A stretch of DNA of 64,000 bases from Gemmatimonadota bacterium (lineage in GTDB: Bacteria > Gemmatimonadota > Gemmatimonadetes > Gemmatimonadales > GWC2-71-9). Made by a program: the position numbers and the translations under genes. The stretch is from positions 53,510 to 117,509 of the forward strand of contig JADFNB010000002.1 in NCBI GenBank assembly GCA_022563595.1, read 5' to 3'. The notes under the pieces were generated by a model that was given only the letters and a program-made list of their open reading frames with translations, was not told where the DNA came from and ran no database searches. Positions 45,968 through 53,285 of this stretch are shown piece after piece (position 1 is the first letter of the stretch; every line of letters begins with the position of its first letter).

Positions 45968-46779
45968 GCCAGTGCCTGCACAATCTCATCCGCCAACTCC
46001 CGAGTGGACGCGGCGATAACGGAGCATCTGTCTGTCAGGCCCCCTGCTGGCGGGAGGGCCTGGCCCTCCGGACCAACCACACAGCCGCCAGCCTCCTCCA
46101 CTACCAGGGCGGCTGCGAAGAAGCTCTCGGGTGTGAGTCGTTGTCGAATGTCGATATGGGCGTCGAGGGCGCCGCTCGCGACCAACGATAGGGCACGTGA
46201 CGCACAACCAAAGCAGCGGACGCCTCGGGCCCGCTCCATAATGGAGCCCAGCTCGGACGAGGGCGCATAGTGGTTTAGCTCGACTGAGATCATCGCTTTT
46301 GCAATCCGGGTTACGCCAGAAGTTCGCAGGCGCGCATCTCCGCGGTAGGCTCCCCCACCCCGGTGGCCGAGTACCGGCATCGACTTCTCCAGGTCACCGA
46401 CCAGGGCCCACTCCACCCTGCCCACCGCAAGGGGTCCCTCTGCGGGCAGCACAGCCACACATACCGCCGACGGACCGACCGCGCACGCATAGTTGTCGGA
46501 GCCATCTACTGGATCAAGGATGAACCGGTGCTTAGGTGGGCCTTGTCCAAGATCAATCACGCCGGATTCCTCAGACAGCAGCAAGCTCTCCGGCGCTTCC
46601 CGCTGAAGGAATAAAACAGCGCGCCGCTCCGCCGTCAAATCGAACGGCCGGGACAGATCACCTTTCGGGTTGATTCCGGGCGGTCGGCCGGTTGCGCCAT
46701 CGGGGGTGGCCAAGGCCTCTCGCACCGCGGCGTGGAGACCTAGAAGGAGCTGACCCAGTGGTTCGGAGTGAAGCGGCAT
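45964..46779 (-). CDS. Inositol monophosphatase-family phosphatase
   Basis: 271 aa with LLLSEESG and FILDPVDGSDNY (DPxDG[ST]xN). Confidence 0.85.
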   Translation of the reverse strand: MPLHSEPLGQLLLGLHAAVREALATPDGATGRPPGINPKGDLSRPFDLTAERRAVLFLQREAPESLLLSEESGVIDLGQGPPKHRFILDPVDGSDNYACAVGPSAVCVAVLPAEGPLAVGRVEWALVGDLEKSMPVLGHRGGGAYRGDARLRTSGVTRIAKAMISVELNHYAPSSELGSIMERARGVRCFGCASRALSLVASGALDAHIDIRQRLTPESFFAAALVVEEAGGCVVGPEGQALPPAGGLTDRCSVIAASTRELADEIVQALA

Positions 46780-47073
46780 GGGGCCCTACCTTGGTTGCGC
46801 AGTGGCGATCGCACTCCTACATCTGTGCCCCACCTTCACGCCGCCGACACGTTCTTTACATAAGGGTCAGGGCTCTACCCGTCCGCAAGCCAGCATAGCG
46901 TGGGGCCACGTCGACCCGCGACGTTGCCCCTTTCACGTAGTTCACACAGCAGAGGGTGCTAATCTTAGTTGAGAATTGAGGCGGCCCCAACCTGCTGGTA
47001 GACTTCAAGTAGGTGATGGAAGAAGAGACACCGAAAGACACCAGAGAACGGAGACGAACCACATTAAGGATGC

Positions 47074-47101
47074 CACCCCTTGCCCGGGAGGGCAAGGGGT
47101 G
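47074..47101. other. Perfect 12-bp stem / 4-nt loop hairpin in the low-GC spacer
   Basis: CACCCCTTGCCC (47074-47085), GGGA, GGGCAAGGGGTG (47090-47101). There is no U-tract on either side. Confidence 0.6.
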
Positions 47102-47102
47102 A

Positions 47103-47330
47103 CGGAAGTCGAAGACGCTGGGCGAGCCTGACGTGGTGAACCGTGGAGGACTATACGAAGCGATGGAACTGGACAGCCGACTGGAGTTGATTCGGAGCCT
47201 GATGCCCCTGGGTTTGATCGCTCTCTACGGAGGAACTCGAGCGGGAACTCGTCAGCTTGGCCGGTGCACCGCACAACCGCAAGCTGGAGGGTCGTAAGCA
47301 CTACCTACCAAACACGCTCACGGGCGCCCT
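47103..47330 (+). mobile_element. Frameshifted N-terminal relic of a DDE-transposase-like gene
   Basis: One frame reads ...MELDSRLELIRSLMPLGLIALY. After a frame shift it continues EELERELVSLAGAPHNRKLEGRKHY. From memory this resembles the helical N-terminus (LIP-LGL...E-EV--LAG-RY-R) of some IS transposases. No catalytic region is present. Confidence 0.3.
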
Positions 47331-47440
47331 CCGAGCGCGGCCTCGAGCCCGCGACCATTCCGCACAGCGACCTAGCACATCATCGTCCCGCCGCATACCT
47401 TCGGTATCGACTAGTCTGTCGCCCACCTAGGAGAATCGCG

Positions 47441-49471
47441 ATGTCCCGGTCTCACAAGTACCTCGGCGTCGTCGGCGTGGTAGCAGGTTTGACGCTGTCC
47501 GTAAACACAGCCTCGGCGCAGCTCCCGCCAGCCAGCCCCGAGCAGGAAGCGGCGGGCGCGCGTGTTGCGTCCGTCGTGTTCGCCGAGCCCACCATCATTG
47601 CTGAGCGCGGCGACACTGTCACCCTCGCGCCGTCCTTCTTCGATGCGGACGGCAACCGTGTCGAGGGCGCCATGCATCTGTTGTTCGCCCGGGGCAACCA
47701 ATTGCGGCGGGTCGGCTCCATGCTCGACCAGAGTGGCCGATTCCTGGCCAACAGGCCGGGCACGAGTACGGTGATCGCGCTCGTTCGCGTTGCCGAGGAT
47801 GGAGATTCGTATCGAGGCATTGACGGTATCAAACAGGTGGGCACGATCCGGGTCACGGTCCGGGACTATCCAGCGTCCAGGATCGCGATCGCCGAACCTG
47901 CGTACGCGCCCTACGCCGGGACCTCGTTCAAGATGCACGGCACCGTATGGACAGATCACGACACGGAGCACAGCTCGGCCACGATCGAATGGCGGAGCGA
48001 GAACCCATCGGTGGCCACGGTGACACCGAGCGGCGTGTTGTCGCTCAACCAGCCTGGTACCGTAACGCTCGTTGCCAGCACCGAGAACGGTATATCCGAA
48101 CCATTGCAATTGCAGGTCGTCGCAAACCCGGTTCGGACGCTCGACATCAGCCCGACCATGGCGGCGGCGCGCGCCGGCGACGTCGTGATGTTCGATGTCA
48201 ACGCACTCGACGGCCGGGGCCGTGCGATCGATGACGTCGCGCTCTCCTATTCGGTGTTTGGGCTCGATTCCATGGGCGGCCAGCTCTTCGAGGACGGCAG
48301 CTTCGTCGCCGAGAATCCAGGCGCCTATCGCGTCGTCGTGAACATGGGCGACCTCGCATCGAGTGCCATAGTCGAAGTCGCTCTACGCCCGAACCCGTGG
48401 GAGATCAACCTCGTCGATCACGGCGCCGTGGCGCACGTCGCGACCAGCGACCTCTGGGTCTTCGAGGGCAACGACGGTCGTGACTACGCCTACACTGGTA
48501 CCCATGCGAAGGGCGGGGGGGAGCGCTTGTTCGTCTGGGACGTGACCGATCCCGCCAACCTCGTCATGGTGGATTCCGTGGTGGTGAACGCCCGTGTGGT
48601 GAACGACGTCAAGGTGAGCGACGACGCGTCGTGGGCCATCATCACACGTGAGGGTGCAAGCGACCGCAAGAATGGCATCGTCGTGCTGGACCTCGCGGAC
48701 CCAGCGCACCCCACGATCATTGCCGAATTCACGGACTCCCTCACCTCCGGCATTCACAACGTGTGGATCAACGGGGATGTCGTCTATGCCGTCAACGACG
48801 GCACGTCGGCGATGCACATCCTCGATCTGAGTGATCCCGCCAACCCGCGGCACGTCCGCCGCTGGGAGCTGCGTCCCGGTGACACCAACAAATCCCTGCA
48901 CGACGTGTGGGCCGATGGGCAGTACGCCTATCTCTCGTATTGGGATGATGGTCTCGTGATTCTCGACGTCGGCGCGGGCACGCATGGCGGCACGCCGGCC
49001 GATCCGCAGTTCGTTTCGAGTATCGCGTACGGCATGGGCAACACGCACGCGGCGTGGCGCGCAGGCAAGTATGTCTTCCTCGGTGACGAGATCGGCACGC
49101 CCGACGGCATGCGCGGTTACGTCCACGTCATCGACGTCGAGGATATCGACAACCCGACAGAGGTTGCCAAGTACGAGGTGCCTGAGGCCGGCGCGCACAA
49201 CATCTGGGTCGAGGACGGTCTCCTGTACATCGCGTACTACCAGGGCGGCCTGCGGATCGTCGACATCACTGGTGAACTACGCGGCGATCTCTACCGACAG
49301 GGCCGCGAGTTGGCGTTCTACAGAACCTCCGCCGGCGAAGGAGAGGCGATTACACCCCACCAGCCAATGGCCTGGGGTCCGCAGCCGTACAAGGGCAACA
49401 TTTTCGTGAGCGACATGAACAGTGGGCTATGGGTCATCAAGTTCGCGCAGCCGCAAGTCCTGACGCCGTAG
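47441..49471 (+). CDS. Secreted protein with Big_2-like Ig domains and LVIVD-repeat beta-propeller
   Basis: Trimmed to MSRSHKYLGVVGVVAGLTLSVNTASAQ, with an AGGAGA SD at 47428-47433. Big_2-like NPSVATVTPSGVLSLNQPGTVTLVAS. LVIVD-type repeats GLVILDV, GLRIVDI and GLWVIKF. Confidence 0.8.
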   Translation: MSRSHKYLGVVGVVAGLTLSVNTASAQLPPASPEQEAAGARVASVVFAEPTIIAERGDTVTLAPSFFDADGNRVEGAMHLLFARGNQLRRVGSMLDQSGRFLANRPGTSTVIALVRVAEDGDSYRGIDGIKQVGTIRVTVRDYPASRIAIAEPAYAPYAGTSFKMHGTVWTDHDTEHSSATIEWRSENPSVATVTPSGVLSLNQPGTVTLVASTENGISEPLQLQVVANPVRTLDISPTMAAARAGDVVMFDVNALDGRGRAIDDVALSYSVFGLDSMGGQLFEDGSFVAENPGAYRVVVNMGDLASSAIVEVALRPNPWEINLVDHGAVAHVATSDLWVFEGNDGRDYAYTGTHAKGGGERLFVWDVTDPANLVMVDSVVVNARVVNDVKVSDDASWAIITREGASDRKNGIVVLDLADPAHPTIIAEFTDSLTSGIHNVWINGDVVYAVNDGTSAMHILDLSDPANPRHVRRWELRPGDTNKSLHDVWADGQYAYLSYWDDGLVILDVGAGTHGGTPADPQFVSSIAYGMGNTHAAWRAGKYVFLGDEIGTPDGMRGYVHVIDVEDIDNPTEVAKYEVPEAGAHNIWVEDGLLYIAYYQGGLRIVDITGELRGDLYRQGRELAFYRTSAGEGEAITPHQPMAWGPQPYKGNIFVSDMNSGLWVIKFAQPQVLTP

Positions 49472-49479
49472 ACAATCAG

Positions 49480-50586
49480 ATGACGTTTGGACGACGGCTG
49501 CTGATGATTCTGGGCGGGGCGAGCCTGCTCGCATCCCCCTCCGTCGCGCAGGACAACGGACCCACCGCTCGATACTGGGTGTACGTCGCGAACGAATCGT
49601 CGGATCTCGTTTCGCGAGTACGCTTCGGTCCTGATGGGTTGACCGAAGAGAAGACGATTCCCGTCGGTGCGCGCCCCGCGGATCTGGACGGGGCGCATGG
49701 GATTGCCGTCGCAGCGAACGGCAAGTTCTGGTATGTGTCGATCGCGCACGGTGCGCCCTATGGCTCGATCTGGAAGATGGAGTCGGGGACCGACGTGTTC
49801 GTGGATTCTGTGACGGTGGGTCTCTTCCCAGCCACCATGTCCCTGACGCCCGACGCGTCGAGTCTCTTCGTCGTCAATTTCAATCTCCATGGCAACATCA
49901 TGCCGAGTTGGGTCTCCAGCGTGTTCACGCCGTTCATGAACGAGACGGCACAGATCGAAACGTGTATCATGCCGCACGGCAGCCGCATCACGCGCGACGG
50001 CATGACCCACTACTCGACGTGCATGATGAGCGACCAACTCGTCGAGATCTCCACCACCGGACATCGCGTCACGCGTCGTTTCCGCCTCACCGACGGGCAC
50101 GAGGCCCTCATGGATCTGGCGGAGACCGCCAATCGCGCGATGGGTGCCGGGCGGTGCAAGCCAACGTGGGTCGTCTTGGATCCTGAAGACGAACATCTCT
50201 ACGTCCCGTGCAACGGGCGGAAGGAAGTGTTGGAGATCGATCGCAGCACCATGACTGTGCGCCGGCGGTTTGCGACAGGCGCGGGACCCTACAATGCCGA
50301 TGTCAGTGCGGACGGTCGATACCTGGTCGTGACACTCAAAGGGGCGCAGGCGGTCGCGGTGTTCGACCTGGAGACCGGGAAGGAGACGCGTATCGAGACC
50401 TCCCAGCCCGTCACCCACGGCGTCGTCATTTCTCCAGATTCACGGTACGCGTTCGTGTCGAATGAAGCGGTCGGTGCGACACGCGGGACGGTCGACGTAT
50501 TCGATCTCGCGTCCAAGACGCGTGTCGCTTCAGTCGCAGTGCAGTACCAGCCGGGTGGGATTGGGTTCTGGAAGATGGAGCAGTGA
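49480..50586 (+). CDS. Secreted YVTN-type beta-propeller repeat protein
   Basis: Trimmed to MTFGRRLLMILGGASLLASPSVAQ. Repeats include VSADGRYLVVTLKGAQAVAVFD and ISPDSRYAFVSNEAVG...VDVFD. Confidence 0.75.
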   Translation: MTFGRRLLMILGGASLLASPSVAQDNGPTARYWVYVANESSDLVSRVRFGPDGLTEEKTIPVGARPADLDGAHGIAVAANGKFWYVSIAHGAPYGSIWKMESGTDVFVDSVTVGLFPATMSLTPDASSLFVVNFNLHGNIMPSWVSSVFTPFMNETAQIETCIMPHGSRITRDGMTHYSTCMMSDQLVEISTTGHRVTRRFRLTDGHEALMDLAETANRAMGAGRCKPTWVVLDPEDEHLYVPCNGRKEVLEIDRSTMTVRRRFATGAGPYNADVSADGRYLVVTLKGAQAVAVFDLETGKETRIETSQPVTHGVVISPDSRYAFVSNEAVGATRGTVDVFDLASKTRVASVAVQYQPGGIGFWKMEQ

Positions 50587-50686
50587 CCCGCTGCGTGGCG
50601 ATCCCACGCTACGCCAAGGTGGTGCGCCAAATCGGTCTGCAGTAGAGGATGCGGCGCGTGGTGCCCTGTCCCACCCAGACGCAGGC

Positions 50687-51109
50687 TCACGACGGCACCA
50701 CGCTAAACCCCGCGATCGCGAAATTGCGGTCGAACGTGAACGCCACGTCCATGCCACGCGCACGCATGATCGCGAAGCTCACCGCATCGGTCAGCGGAAA
50801 CGCCTGATCGCAATACCGCTGAATCCAGTCCGCAAACGCGGCCGCCTGGACGGCTTTGTCGGCGAAGACCTCGTCGATGAGCGGATCCGCCAGCAGGGTT
50901 TCCAGATGCTCGGCGGCTCTGATGGGTCCAATGGCGTGAAGGAGGTGCAGGTGCAGCTCGGCCAGGATCAGGTCCGTCACGATGAGCCGCGCGCGCTCGG
51001 CCCGCAGTCGGCATAGCGTTCGCGCAGCGTCCGCGTGGTACCGATCTCGGCGGTGAAAGGCGGCGAGCCACGCCCCCGTGTCCACCAGGACGCGATCCCT
51101 CAGTCGCAT
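50687..51109 (-). CDS. vapC: PIN-domain toxin VapC
   Basis: Trimmed to MRLRDRVLVDTGAW. Acidic PIN residues lie in VDTG, LAELH, LTDAVS and TFDRNF. Overlaps the antitoxin gene by 10 nt. Confidence 0.85.
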   Translation of the reverse strand: MRLRDRVLVDTGAWLAAFHRRDRYHADAARTLCRLRAERARLIVTDLILAELHLHLLHAIGPIRAAEHLETLLADPLIDEVFADKAVQAAAFADWIQRYCDQAFPLTDAVSFAIMRARGMDVAFTFDRNFAIAGFSVVPS

Positions 51110-51378
51110 TCCTCCGCATGGGGTTCGACCACGCGGCGAGTGGGACATCCCGCCGCCGCGTATTCGTCGTGCCGCGTCGAGAGGTCGGCCGGCACGTCCG
51201 GGGCATCGAAGCCGCCGATCAGCCCGAGCACCGGGTCGTGCGACCCGACCTCATCGACCGCCCAGCGCCGTACGGCCTCCCGGACCGTCTCCGCCATGGA
51301 TAGACCTTGCCGCCGGGCCAGCCCTTTCAATAAGGAACGGTCGCGCTGATCGAGGTACAGCTGAAATGGCTTCTTCAT
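51100..51378 (-). CDS. vapB: Ribbon-helix-helix (CopG-like) antitoxin VapB
   Basis: Start trimmed to the ATG at 51378; the track start at 51384 is a TTG. Begins MKKPFQLYLDQRDRSLLKGLARRQGLSMAETVREAV, an RHH pattern. The tail is acidic. Confidence 0.75.
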   Translation of the reverse strand: MKKPFQLYLDQRDRSLLKGLARRQGLSMAETVREAVRRWAVDEVGSHDPVLGLIGGFDAPDVPADLSTRHDEYAAAGCPTRRVVEPHAEECD

Positions 51379-51407
51379 GTACAAGTATTAATGTAGCATA
51401 ATACATG
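51376..51407. promoter_or_regulatory. AT-rich nested inverted repeats at the vapB start (putative autoregulatory operator)
   Basis: Inverted pairs are CATGTA (51376-51381)/TACATG (51402-51407) and GTATTA (51385-51390)/TAATAC (51399-51404). ATGTA is also directly repeated. I counted 10 G+C in the 40 nt at 51371-51410. Confidence 0.35.
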
Positions 51408-51551
51408 AAAACGCAACCCAGCTGCGGCTGCGGCCGCTCCCATGCACCGCGCGATGGCTTCACTCTCGCTTGACACCGTCCGATGAGCCTGCCTCTCTTA
51501 GGGTCCACCTTCGCCCTGGCTCCTCGAATGACCACATCTGGACAGTCGATC

Positions 51552-53285
51552 ATGACGCGACCTCTCCTCCGCACCCTGGTCGTCGGGGCGGCCCTGATGC
51601 CGCTCCTCATCTTTCCAAAAGCCGGCACGGCCCAGTTTCGGGAGTCACCGCCTCCACCGGCGTACGCGCTCCGGAACGTGACGGTCGTTCATGCCGATGG
51701 CCGCCGAGAGGCGGGCGTGAACCTCGTCGTCCGCGGCGGGCTGATCGCGTCCTGGGGACCGGACGTCGAGATCCCCGGTGATGCGCGGGTGCTCGAGGGC
51801 GATTCCCTCTTCGTGTATCCCGGTCTGGTGGACGCACAGGGCAAGGCGGAGGTCGAGTTCCCGGAGATCGAGCGGAGTGACAGCGTGCGATCCTGGGACG
51901 GGCCGCGGAACCTCCAGGGGTTCCTGGCCCATCGCCGCGTTGCCGACTACCTCACCCACACCGGAGAGGACGGAAAGGAGCAGCGCGCCGCAGGCATCGT
52001 CGCCGCGGGGATCCATGCCGACGGGGCGCTGGCCGCGGGTCTTGGGATCGCGATCCTGTATCGCACTGATGTCGATCGGCCCTGGGAGCTGATCGCGAAC
52101 GACAACATCGGGCTCGCCATGGCGTTCCAGAGCGGCAAAGGCGTCTATCCGGGAACGCTGTTCGGTATCATCGCCTTCATGCGACAGGCGTTCGAGGATG
52201 CCGCACGCGACGGGATGATCCGCGAAGCCTACGCGCGCAGTCCGGAGGGGCTCGGGGTGCCGAGCGTCGATCCGGACTACACCGTGCTGCGGCGCGTGAT
52301 GGCGGGCGAGATCCCGGTCTACTTCACGGCCAATCGCGCCGAGGACATCAGACGCGTTCTCGCGCTATCCGATGAATACGGCTTCCGGCCGGTCATCGTC
52401 GGCGGGCACGAGGCCTGGCGGGTCGCCGGGGAACTCGCCCGACGTGACATCACCGTCCTGATCGACGGCGACTTCCCGGAGCGGGACAAGTGGAAGGTCG
52501 AGGAAGAGCCGGAGAGCGGTGAGGAGGAGGAGGAGGCAGAGCCTGATTCGGCGCAGGCGGAAGCCGCCCGCGCGGAACAAGCCGAGGTCGCGGAGCCGCA
52601 GGAACTCGAGCCAGCGGCCGCGCGTGAGCAGAAGCGTCTCGAGGACATTTGGTCCAATGCCGGCCGTCTCGAGGCCGCGCGAGTGACGTTTGCCATCACG
52701 ACGGGAGGCGGCGACGCCGACCTGCGCGAGGCGGCCCGCAAGGCAATCGAGTACGGTCTCAGCGAGGCGGCCGCTCTCCGGGCTCTCACCATCACTCCGG
52801 CCGCGCTGCTCGGGATTCCGCACGTGCCACGACTGGGTGAGGGGCTGGCCGCCACGTTCGTGGCACTGACCGGTCCCCTGTTCGACGAGGATGCGGAAGT
52901 CAAGTATACCTTCGTCGAGGGCAACTACGAGGAAGGTGCTGCCGGTGGTGCGGGTGGGGACGCGCCGGCCGTCGTCGTGACGGGAGACTGGACCATCACA
53001 ATGGACGCCAGCGGCCAGGAATTCATCTTCGAGGCGAGCCTCGACATGAAGCCGGACGGATCCTTCCGCGGCACCGCCAGGAACGATCAAGTCGGCTCGG
53101 CCACGATACGCGGCAAGGTCTCCGGCAACGACATCAGCTTTACGCTCAACATCAACGCGGGGGGACAACAATTCGAGTTGTCAGCGGAAGGCACCGTCGA
53201 GGCCGACCGCATGTCGGGAAGCGGCGAGAGTCCGTTTGGCAGCTTCACGTTCTCCGGCCGCAAGACCCCCGGAGGTGTCCGATGA
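51552..53285 (+). CDS. Amidohydrolase-family protein lacking the HxH metal motif
   Basis: Trimmed to MTRPLLRTLVVGAALMPLL (signal peptide). The N-terminal barrel-like segment reads RNVTVVHADG...VYPGLVDAQG, with AQG where HxH is expected. There is an acidic linker (EEEPESGEEEEEAEPD) and an extra C-terminal beta-rich domain. Confidence 0.75.
   Translation: MTRPLLRTLVVGAALMPLLIFPKAGTAQFRESPPPPAYALRNVTVVHADGRREAGVNLVVRGGLIASWGPDVEIPGDARVLEGDSLFVYPGLVDAQGKAEVEFPEIERSDSVRSWDGPRNLQGFLAHRRVADYLTHTGEDGKEQRAAGIVAAGIHADGALAAGLGIAILYRTDVDRPWELIANDNIGLAMAFQSGKGVYPGTLFGIIAFMRQAFEDAARDGMIREAYARSPEGLGVPSVDPDYTVLRRVMAGEIPVYFTANRAEDIRRVLALSDEYGFRPVIVGGHEAWRVAGELARRDITVLIDGDFPERDKWKVEEEPESGEEEEEAEPDSAQAEAARAEQAEVAEPQELEPAAAREQKRLEDIWSNAGRLEAARVTFAITTGGGDADLREAARKAIEYGLSEAAALRALTITPAALLGIPHVPRLGEGLAATFVALTGPLFDEDAEVKYTFVEGNYEEGAAGGAGGDAPAVVVTGDWTITMDASGQEFIFEASLDMKPDGSFRGTARNDQVGSATIRGKVSGNDISFTLNINAGGQQFELSAEGTVEADRMSGSGESPFGSFTFSGRKTPGGVR

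Noticed and set aside
46803-46830. Third partial copy of the conserved upstream element (GGCGATCGCACTCCTACATC)
   Set aside because: Only the GGCGATCG octamer and a few following bases match. The spacing to the nearest TTGG-type hexamer differs and the ~45-bp upstream core is absent, so chance is the more likely explanation. CCAGGGAGCC at 16030-16039 is likewise a coding-region coincidence.
46785-46860. Possible tRNA (GCGCAGTGGCGATCGC resembles a D-arm)
   Set aside because: There is no T-loop (GTTCGAATC-like), no acceptor-stem pairing and no anticodon stem.
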